From Blastocystis sp. Blastoise (taxonomy: Eukaryota > Protista > Bigyra: Opalinata): a DNA stretch of 64,000 bases. Made by a program: the position numbers and the translations under genes. The notes below the pieces were generated by a model. It did no database searches and was not told the DNA's origin. It worked only from the letters and a program-made list of their open reading frames with translations. Shown here piece after piece: positions 51,059 to 64,000 of this stretch; positions within the stretch are counted from its first letter, which is position 1, and the number at the start of each line of letters is the position of its first letter. Location: positions 496,001 to 560,000 of the forward strand of contig JBBPEB010000021.1 in the NCBI GenBank assembly GCA_039096225.1, in the 5' to 3' direction.

Positions 51059-51530
51059 TAATTTCAAACAAACTCTATCTCAATATTGTAATATACCAAA
51101 TTCTCTAATATCTCAATTATATAATTATGCTTATTTAAATAAACCTACCTCATCTGTTGCTTGTGATCGTGCTGAAAATGTTATGAAACAATTAAATAAA
51201 ACAAATTCTCAATCTTATAATTATTATAATAGTTATGATGATTTTGAACAAAATATAGATCAAGATCAAACTAAATTTAATATGATCTTCCATGAAAGTC
51301 CTAGTGATCCTTATAATGGTCATTTTGAAGCTGTTATTTATAATGGTAATAAAAATATAGAACACTATTCATCATTAGGAAATAAACCTACTTTTTCAAA
51401 ATCATTTATTCAAAATCATAATATTCAATATAATCCTATTCAACACCAAAAAACTACAAGTAATGCAAATGGTTGCTTTTATTATTCTTTACTTTATTTA
51501 CTTTCTAATGGAAATCTTATGCCTTGTTAA
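50943..51530 (+). CDS. Adenain/Ulp1-like (clan CE) maturation cysteine protease, probably made as a frameshift fusion
   Basis: NGHFEAV (His), IEHYSSLG (the usual FDS/FEP-x-G strand), QHQ (oxyanion Gln) and NGCFYYSLLYL (Cys). The track start 50910 is TTG; the first ATG is 50997. Confidence 0.75.
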   Translation, partial: LRGGDLVKSKDEKLIQNSMNCDNPIISDKTRHVTPRSPDNFKQTLSQYCNIPNSLISQLYNYAYLNKPTSSVACDRAENVMKQLNKTNSQSYNYYNSYDDFEQNIDQDQTKFNMIFHESPSDPYNGHFEAVIYNGNKNIEHYSSLGNKPTFSKSFIQNHNIQYNPIQHQKTTSNANGCFYYSLLYLLSNGNLMPC

Positions 51531-51534
51531 AACA

Positions 51535-51552
51535 TTCTAGAATATTCTAGAA
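51535..51552. promoter_or_regulatory. Heat shock element (4 units)
   Basis: TTCtaGAAtaTTCtaGAA upstream of ATG 51617. Confidence 0.7.
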
Positions 51553-51616
51553 TCTTTAATTTATTATATTAATATTTTGTATAATTAATTTGTTTTGTTT
51601 ATTATTTAATACTATA

Positions 51617-51772
51617 ATGACAAAGAAACGATTTGGCAATTACTACTTAGATCGTAGTGCAGAAATTTTAGAGAATGTAAATGAAATACTGTCAGTTATT
51701 GAAATTGTTCTTATTATTATATATATTTTACTTTACTTTTATATGTCCAAGAAACGTTCTAGAACATTCTAG
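51617..51772 (+). CDS. 51-aa single-pass membrane protein
   Basis: MTKKRFGNYYLDRSAEILENVNE-ILSVIEIVLIIIYILLYFYM-SKKRSRTF. HSE upstream and 3' motif at 51843-51852. Confidence 0.55.
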   Translation: MTKKRFGNYYLDRSAEILENVNEILSVIEIVLIIIYILLYFYMSKKRSRTF

Positions 51773-51779
51773 AACATTC
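51757..51779. promoter_or_regulatory. Heat shock element (5 units)
   Basis: TTCtaGAAcaTTCtaGAAcaTTC upstream of ATG 51875. Confidence 0.7.
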
Positions 51780-51874
51780 ATTTTGAACTGGCTCTATTTG
51801 TAGAATCTTTAATTTATTATATTAGTATTTTATATAATTAATTTGTTTTGTTTAATCATTGGTTAATTTAAATA

Positions 51875-52009
51875 ATGAACAAGAAATATCTTAGTTATTC
51901 TTATTTTTGTCGTGTGATGAAGAATCTAAAAGAAGAAGGAATTAAATCTAAAAAGAATGAAATAGCAAATCTATTAGAACAATTTCTTATATATAAAAGG
52001 GATAAGTAA
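51875..52009 (+). CDS. 44-aa basic protein (below ORF-track cutoff)
   Basis: MNKKYLSYSYFCRVMKNLKEEGIKSKKNEIANLLEQFLIYKRDK, with an HSE upstream. Confidence 0.5.
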   Translation: MNKKYLSYSYFCRVMKNLKEEGIKSKKNEIANLLEQFLIYKRDK

Positions 52010-54605
52010 GCACAAAATTGTACTGATATAAATGGACCGATTACTTTTTTGTGTTACGTATCTATGTTACACTGATAACAGAGTAAGATACTAAATGAAA
52101 AACGTATTCTGACGCGCTTTTAAAATTTTCAAAAATTCCACGTCTAAGGGCCTAAAACGGTCAGACAAAAAAAAAATTAACGGAAATGCCCCAAATAATT
52201 GGCTAAAATTCAAAATTAAAATTTGTATCCAATAAACATATTTCGTACATAAAATTCCTATTTATTTTTCATTTTCTCAGAAATTTTTTCATTTTTTACA
52301 TTTTTCTACTTAAAAATTTCTTTTTATATTTTGTAAAATTTATTTTTTATAAATTTCATTTTTAAGTTATATTTTTCTTTATGATGTACTTTATATTTGT
52401 CATTAAATATTAATATAATTTATTTTAAATGCATAACATTTCTCGCCACATGTATAAACGATTTTTAAACTTTAAAAAGACAATTAGACAAGAATCCTTT
52501 TTTTAAGAGACTTTAATTGATTGAGATTAACTTATATACATAAAATAACCTGAGTAATGATAATATATAAAGCTTTTAAAAAAATTGATCCACAAAGTAT
52601 TGAGATATCGGACACATTCTCTTTTGACTCCTTTGAATTTTAATGAAAACTATCTGGATCATCATGATAACTCATGAAACCATCCTAAAAGTCATTAAAA
52701 CCTGTTTTTGACATGTTGAAAAATTGACAAAAAACTTCAATCGCGCGTTCTGTCAACATTTTTTATTTTATTAATTTTTAAACGTTACAGGATTTATCTT
52801 ATGAGTTTATATTCATAAATTATTTGAACACATTTTTAAAATAAAAAGGTCGAAGAGATATCGAAATCATTTCACTCTTAATAAAGAAATTTTGACTTAA
52901 TATTTGTAGTTTAGATAAAATTCGCCACTCATTGAACCCATCAGGTTTCTTTTAAGACAAGAATGAGTGGATATATGTTTGGTTGACCCTCATAAAATCA
53001 AATTCTGATTTTATATATGAATACAGTGACCTCTACCATACACAAATATATCATTATTGCATGTTTATGACAACAAAGTTGGTGTATCGGCAGATTTCGA
53101 CCCCATTAATTTCGACTTATGACTTTATATTTGGTGTAAGGATGCCCAATAAGATACATTATGATATTTTATGTCTTTAAAGGCTTTTTAAAAAAGGTCA
53201 CAAAAAGTTAATTGCGACTTTGTACCAAAAAAAGTCGTCCTAACACACTTTTTAAAAGTCATATTAATAGTTATTATACTATTACATAAATATATAAAGT
53301 CAAAATATAAAATATCGTTGGGTCTCGGTGTCAAAAATGAAAAAGAAATTTTGCGTTTTCTCAAAAATTTTATTTTTGATGTTTCAACTAAGGTCAATTT
53401 CGACCATTATTATTATGTTTTTATTATTTATTTTTGTCATATTTAATACTATATGTGTCTATCTTATAAAATATATGAAAACTTTATAATATTATATTAT
53501 ATTAAAAGTTAAAATAAGATAAAAAAAAAGAGGTCTTGACAGAATTATCTACATTATTTTTTAAGTCAAACACATGAAGATTATGGACTTAATTCATAAT
53601 TAATATTATATTTCTACATAATAATATTATAAATGTTTTATTATTATGCTAATTTTTATAAAATAATACTTTTTGCAAACTGATATAGATGTAATTGTTT
53701 TACAATCTTAATTAAAAAGGTTCAAATTTTTTTATAGTGATCAATAATCTTATTAATCTCTGTTTGAAACACATAAGAAGATGAGCTAACAATAAAAATG
53801 AAAAAGAATATTTTAAAACTTTCAGTATTTTTCTTTTCTTTTCTTTTTTTTATTGTACTGTATTTAGAAATAGATTTAAATACATTTAGCAAGTCATTTC
53901 ATGAACAGAATTAAAAGCGCCAATTGTAGAATGTCTAATTAATGAATTATTAACTGATTGAAAGAATGATTGCCTAATTGTGAACAAAGAAACTTTAGCT
54001 GATTTTAGAGTGATATAAGAAAGGGTTACTTAAAACTACTATGCTATTTCTACGTTCAACATATTAATATATTGGTAACAACCAAATCATTCTTTATTTT
54101 AATAATTCCTTCTGTAAGTTTATTTTCATTTTTGTCTTTATCGTGTTTTTATTAATTAATTTATATATGTATAGAGAGTAGATGATAAATATAATAAATT
54201 ATATTTGGTAATGATACAATGTAAATGGGTAAACTAATGATACAGGGGATAATGTATAACTTTTTTATTAGGTATGCTATTACTCATCTTAAGAATTGAC
54301 TGTTACAACTATGCTATCCAAAGAAAGAAAAGAAAGAAAAGAAATGTAGCTGGAAGTTATAAATAAATGGTTGGTTATTATGAAAAAAATGATATGAAGA
54401 TTCCGTTTTTAAAAGTTCACCATTCATTTTTTGATATGTAAATTCACCACAAAATATCTTTGATGTCATGTATATATTTATATTATAATATATTATTTCT
54501 TTTATTATGTATATCTTTTTGATTTATTAAACCATTTGTTTTAATATACCTTTTATATATATAGAAGGTGCTTTTTGCTAAATCTTTCAGTATTGTTTAA
54601 GTACT

Positions 54606-57662
<3,057 letters not shown>

Positions 57663-57933
57663 GGAGTTTTTTGTTTTTTGCTTATAAGCATTTTATTGTT
57701 TTGTATTGTTTTATTTCTTTTTTTCTTTGTTATATTTTATTTTGTTTAGTTAAATATATTATTTTTAAAAATTATTAAAAAGTAAAATATCTAAATATAT
57801 ATGTTTACAAATATCTATATTATTTAATTAATTAAATCTTATATATAATACTATAGGAAACAAAAGAAAGCGATTTAATTCTCTTAAAAGAAGAGATATA
57901 TTTGGAAATTTTATTAATTCACAAAATTCAAAA

Positions 57934-60900
57934 ATGAAAAATAATCAAGTATTAAACGAAAATCAAAATGATTTTAATCAACACAATTCGTTATTAAATA
58001 ACAATAATTCTTTAAATAATGAAGAAATAGTAACTGAACAACACCCAATACAACTAAACAATATAGAAACTATATCTGCTTCTTCTTCTATTCCAAGTGT
58101 TACTTCAACTCAAAGTAATAATAATAATCTAATTGAAGCATCAATTAATGAAATCAATTTTATTGAATCAGATTTAAATAATAATACAAATTTAAATAAT
58201 GGAATTATATATGAAACTTTAATAAATGAAACAGATTTTATTGAAACTGACATAAATAATAACAACAATGAAAATATGTCTCAATCAATAGTTGATGATA
58301 GTTTTAATTCTACTTTTGTTTTTGAAAATAATGAAACAAATAATAATACACAACCTATAATATTAAATAATCCTGTAACTCCTTTACATAATCAACACAA
58401 TAATGATATACTTTCAGATAATAATAATAGTATCAATAATAATCATATTCCATCTATACATAATACACCAAATTCTAATACAAATAATCAAATAGTATCT
58501 CCTTCTACTTCTCTCATTATAACACCTCCTAGATTATCTCCTCTTGATTCAAGAATAATTAGTTCTTCTTCTTCTTCTCATAATAATAATAATAATTCTA
58601 TTATTCCTCCTCTGCCAAGATCATCGATATTAGATATATTAAATTATTATCAAATATCTCCTATTCAAAATCCTAATAATAATAATTTATTATCAACAAA
58701 TATAAATAATCATAGAAGAAGAATTAGTTTTGATTCTTCTACTTCAGATGATGATACAAGTTCAGATAATGATTTCACACCTATTATTCCTCCTAATACT
58801 ATTAATAATCCTATTTTGCAAATAGAACCAATAAATACTACAAATAATAATGATATAGATATAGATAATCAAAATGAAAATAATAATGAAGAAAATAATA
58901 GCAATATTCCAATTGTAATAAGATTTGAAAACTGTGAAGCATGTATTAAATTAAGTATGTTTAATATTATATCATTATATTATTATAATTCTTTATGATA
59001 ATAAAACTATTATTATATTATGTATAGGAAATGGAGAACAAATAATAGAAGAGAATGAAAGAGATATTCATAGAAATAATATATATGAATATTATAATAT
59101 AGGTAAAATGAATCATGTTTGTATTCATTGTGAAGCTCTTCATTTTGAAGCAGAAAAAACAAATTATAAGATTACAAAATATTCTACATATAAAAAATAT
59201 ATTAATTTAATTAATGATTCAAGAATACAATTTGAATACTATGAAGGAGATCATGATTATATCATTACAAGAAATTCAAATTATACAATGTGTTGTAATA
59301 ATGGGAAAGTGAAAGTAGAATCACCTATAAATCTTCCAAATGAATTATTAAATCAATTAAAGAGTCAGACACCAAATAATAAATTATTTAGAAATGAGAT
59401 AAGAAGATATAATAATGCTTTTGCTTTTGCTTCTATGTCATGTTCTAATGTAGTAACAAGAATGAATGGTCCAGGACCATATTTTTATAGAGTTCATGGT
59501 AATGTATATCATTCTATGAGTGATTTATATCCTTCTGATAATTCTCCTCCTTCTTTTAATCAAATATATATTTATGATGAAGAAGAAGCTCTTCATATTC
59601 GAAATGGAAATAGTATGTTTTCAGAATTATCTTCTGATTTATTATTAAGTATTGATTCTATGATAAGAAATAATAATAAAATATATGAATCTTTTAAAAC
59701 ATTACATGAACAAGTAACAGAATCAAGAAGAATAAATAATACTACTTATTCACAAGTAAATTTAAAATTACAATTTAAAATAAGTAATTATGATGATAGA
59801 AGAAGATTTAATGCTCCTACTACAACAAATGAAATAGCTATGATTATACCAAAACAAAATGATGAAGGTTTACCAAATATTAATCTTTCATGTTATCCAA
59901 GAAGAAGAAGAAATAATAGTAATAATGAAATTGAAAATGAAAATGAAAATAATAATGAAAATATATCAGAACAACAAATAACAAATCTTAGTTATAATAA
60001 TCCTTTTTGTGATCCATTAATATATCCATTAATGTTTCCTTATGGATTACCATTATGGAGTTTAGAATCTACTTCTAATATTATACGTAATTCTGAATTA
60101 CATTTAAATCGTCAAAATAATAATAATAATAATAGAAATATTTCTACAACAACTAATAATAATAATAATAATAATGAGAATGAAATAATAGAAGAAGTAG
60201 AAAATGAATTAAATAATAGAAATAATTATAGAATAAATAGTAATCATATAGAGAATAATGATAGTAATGGAGATGATTCAAAATCGATGAGAATTATTCC
60301 AATTTTTAGAAATAGATCAGAAAGAGGATTTCCATTAGATATTTTAGGAAATGAATTTTATACTATACCTACTATTTCATTAAGAGAATTTTATTCTTAT
60401 TTATTATATACAAGACATCCTAATCATAAGAATTATTTATTATTATTTGAAAAATTATTATTACAATTTATGGTTGATGCAGCTACAAAAATAGAATATT
60501 CAAGATTATTATTTATAGCAAATAATCAAACAAAATTAAGATCAGAGAAATATTCTGTATTTAGAGATACAGTGAATGAGATGATACGAAATGGATTTAG
60601 TGATGAATATATAAGAAGTAGAATGGGAAAAGCAGTTATTATTCCATCAAGTTTTGTAGGTGGTCCTCGATATATGAAGAATTCTTACTTAGAAACAATG
60701 GCTATTGTAAGAGCTTATGGTAAACCAGATTTATTTATAACCATGACTTGCAATCCAAATTGGCCAGAAATCTTAGAATCATTAGAAGAAGGTCAACAAC
60801 CTTGGATGAGACCTGATATAGTAGATAGAGTATTTTATATAAAATTGAAAATCTTAACTCATTTGATAACAAACTTTAAAGTATTTGGAGAAGTAAAATG

Positions 60901-63889
60901 TTTATGTTATTCAATAGAATATCAGAAGAGAGGAATGCCTCATGCACATATTTTAATTACTTTAGAGAATGAATATAAATTAAGAACTCCTGAAGATATA
61001 GATTCCTATATATGTGCAGAAATTCCTGATCCTATAAAGAATCCAAGATTATATGAAATTATTACTTCAATGAATATGCATGGTCCTCATACAAGAACAT
61101 CTCAATGTATGAAAGAAATAAATGGTCAACAATATTGTTCAAAGAAATTTCCAAAAGAATATAGAAATGAAACTACAATAAATGAAGATGGATATCCAAA
61201 TTATAGAAGAAGAGATAATGGTAGAGTATATGTAATAGGTAGGCAATCAAATGTAAATAATACTTTAGATAATAGATGGGTAGTTCCATATAATCCATAT
61301 TTATCATTAAGAATAGGTTGTCATATTAATGTAGAAGTATGTTCTTCAGTAAGAAGTCCTAAATATATATTTAAATATGCTTTTAAAGGACATGATTCTA
61401 TTAATGCAGAAATAGAAAGAGAAGATACTAATAATAATACTAATAATAATAATTCAATTAATTCAAATAGAAATGAAATAGAAATACCAAATGAAATGAA
61501 ATCTTATTTAAAAGGAAGATATTTATCAGCTCCTGAAGCTATGTGGAGAATATATGGATTTCCAATAAAATATTGTAATGTGAGTGTAATTACTTTAGAT
61601 ATTCATGATGAGAATGATAGAACTATATATTATGTAGAAGGAGATGAAGAAAGAGCTTTAGATAGAATAATGAATCAAGATACAATGTTAACAGCATATT
61701 TTAAAATGAATGATTTATATATAAATGAAGAATCAAGAGGAACAATGGATGAACCCTCTATTTTAACTTATATAGAATTTCCTAAATATTATACATATGA
61801 TTCAAAATTAAAGAAATGGAATCATAGAAGAAGAAATAATAAAGTAATAGGAAGACTTCCTTATATGGATCCTACAAATGATAATTTATTTTGTTTAAGA
61901 ATACTTTTATTACATGTAAGTCGTCCATTAAGTTTTGATGATTTAAAATGTTATGAAGGCCAAATATATAATACATATAGAGAATCCTGTATAGCAAGAG
62001 GATTATTAGTAGATGATACAGAATATTATGATATTCTTGCAAATGAAGTAATAGATGCTACTCCTTGGCAATTAAGACAATTATTTGGTTTACTTTGTTC
62101 TTATTATCCTATTACTGATCCATTATCTATTTGGAATACTTATAGGAATGATATGATAGATGATTTCTTTCATCAATATATAAATGAATATATAAGTATA
62201 GATAGACAAGATGCATATGTATTAGATTCAGAAGATAATGAAGTGAATAGAATAATAGAAGAATATTGTATACCTAGAGCATTAAATCATATAAGAAGTG
62301 TTATAGATACAAATAAACATAATGGAGGATATCAAAGTACTAATTTACCACAATTTGATAATAATACTAATATGATAGATTATGAATCTGAAGGAATTAA
62401 TTTTGAAGAAGATCATAGAATAGCCGAAAGAAATATAAGTTTATTGAATGAAGGACAAAGAAGAGTATATGAATCAATAATGGAATCAGTGAATAATAAT
62501 GAACCTCATAGAAATAATATGTTTTTTATAGATGGACCAGGAGGAACTGGAAAAACATTTCTTTATAATACAATAATTAAATCAATAAGAAATAATATAG
62601 ATGATGTGATAGCAGTTGCATGGACAGGTATTGCAGCTACTTTATTATGTGGAGGAAAAACATCTCATTCACAATTTGGATTACCTTTTGAATTAAATGA
62701 ATCTTCTTCTTCTTCTATTTCAAGAGGATCTCCAAGAGCAGAACAAATTAAGAAATGTAAAATAATAATATGGGATGAAGCTCCTATGGCTTCTAAATAT
62801 GCTTTAAAAGTAGTTGATCGATTATTAAGATTCTTATATAATGATGAGATAGATATTCCATTTGCAGGTAAAACAATAGTATTAGGTGGAGATTTTAGAC
62901 AATGTTTACCAGTAGTAGCTCATGGAAAAGAAGCTGATATTGTTCCTTTATGTATTAAATATTTAGATATTTGGAATGAATTTAATCAATTTCAATTGAC
63001 AGAAAATATGAGAGCAAATGCAAATGAAATAGAATTTAAAGAATTCTTATTGAAGATAGGAAATGGTGAGAGATGTAATAATGAATTAAGATTATTATCA
63101 AAAGATAAAGTACATATTCCAAGAGAATGCATTTGTGATGAGAATATAGGTGAAGAGATATTTCATGAATTTATTAATGATTCAAATACAGATATATATA
63201 GACAGAAATTAGCTTCAAATTGTATATTATGTGCAACAAATGAACAAGCATATTTAATTAATGAAAGAATTCAAAATATGATAAGATCAAGTTCTCATCA
63301 TTATTATAGTCATGATGAATTAGCAGAAGAAGTAGAAGATATAGATGAAAGAGATGCTTATAGTACAGAATATTTAAATAGTTTAATTCCTCAAGGATGT
63401 CCACCTCATGATTTAGAATTGAAAAGAGGTTCAGTTATTATGTTATTAAGAAATTTAGATATAAAGAGAGGATTATGTAATGGAACGAGATTAGTAGTAT
63501 TAGATACAAAACCAAATGTAATAAGAAGTCAATTATTAGTAAGAACTGATAATATGTTAGAAGGACAAGATATAGTATTGATTCCAAGAATTAAATTTAT
63601 AGTAGATGATAGTGATTTACCATGTAAGTTAAGTAGAAAACAATTTCCTGTCAGATTAGCTTTTGCTATGACTATTAATAAATCACAAGGTCAAACATTT
63701 CAAAATGTAGGTATTTATTTAGAAAGACCTGTATTTAGTCATGGTCAATTATATGTTGCTTTAAGTAGAGTACGTTCTTTTCACGGTATAAAAATGTTTA
63801 TAAAGAATGATAATATTAATCAAGGTCAATTAATCAGAAATAGTAATGAATGGTATACTAAAAATTGTGTATTTAATGGAGTATTATAA
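57934..63889 (+). CDS. Helitron RepHel transposase (HUH Rep + PIF1 helicase), spliced
   Basis: Intron 58955-59027 joins the two track ORFs in frame. Rep motifs PDLFITMTCN, EYQKRGMPHAH and KYIFKY. PIF1 motifs DGPGGTGKT, WDEAPM, GDFRQ, TINKSQGQT and HGQLYVALSR. Confidence 0.95.
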
Positions 63890-64000
63890 TTTATTTTTGT
63901 TGTTGTATTTTGTTATATGTTTTTTTCGATTTTCTAATTTTTCTAATTTTTCTTATTGTTTATGAATACTTTTTGTTAATTTTCAATTTTAAATTGTATA

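Larger units (their letters stand above)
29403..52060. mobile_element. Endogenous Polinton-like / virophage-like dsDNA virus with a tyrosine recombinase
   Basis: Block of ~18 densely packed intronless intact ORFs in an intron-rich host. It includes an A32-type ATPase, 2 MCP-like, 2 penton-like, a cysteine protease, YR, a primase-helicase and SSB. The left edge abuts a host splice acceptor. The right edge is uncertain (bordered by a Helitron). Confidence 0.88.

Noticed and set aside
29403-52060. Canonical Polinton/Maverick or bacterial prophage contamination
   Set aside because: No pPolB, rve integrase, TIRs or 6-bp TSD seen. Eukaryotic signals (HSE, CCAAT, Pol III boxes, host-type 3' motif) and monocistronic organisation argue against a phage.

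Overview
Very AT-rich eukaryotic DNA with many short GT-AG introns. A TGTTTTGTT motif downstream of genes recalls the Blastocystis/Opalinata poly(A) motif; this host assignment is inference only. The left ~29 kb holds host genes: a GT77-like glycosyltransferase, a CCCH-WD40 protein, a CDC48/AFG2-type AAA ATPase, an ATXR5/6-like PHD-PIP-SET methyltransferase and a CARMIL-like LRR protein. It also holds a hAT MITE with an 8-bp TSD, a decayed pseudogene and a non-autonomous Helitron. The centrepiece is an intact, intronless ~22.6-kb endogenous Polinton-like/virophage-like virus (~29403-52060). It encodes two major capsid paralogs, two penton-like proteins, a packaging ATPase, a maturation protease, a tyrosine recombinase, an AEP-SF3 primase-helicase and an SSB, with no pPolB or rve integrase seen. 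Three non-coding layers in this virus are invisible in the ORF track. (1) Seven perfect heat-shock-element (nGAAn) arrays lie in front of the replication and small genes but not the capsid genes. (2) A -1 ribosomal frameshift (A AAA AAC plus a downstream stem) would fuse a core protein to the protease, Gag-Pro style, with an LRGG cleavage site right after the shift. (3) A ~105-nt Pol III A-box/B-box hairpin RNA has adenovirus VA-RNA-like architecture. The right ~12 kb is an autonomous Helitron with a spliced RepHel and a cargo gene containing 17 tandem 27-nt microexons.
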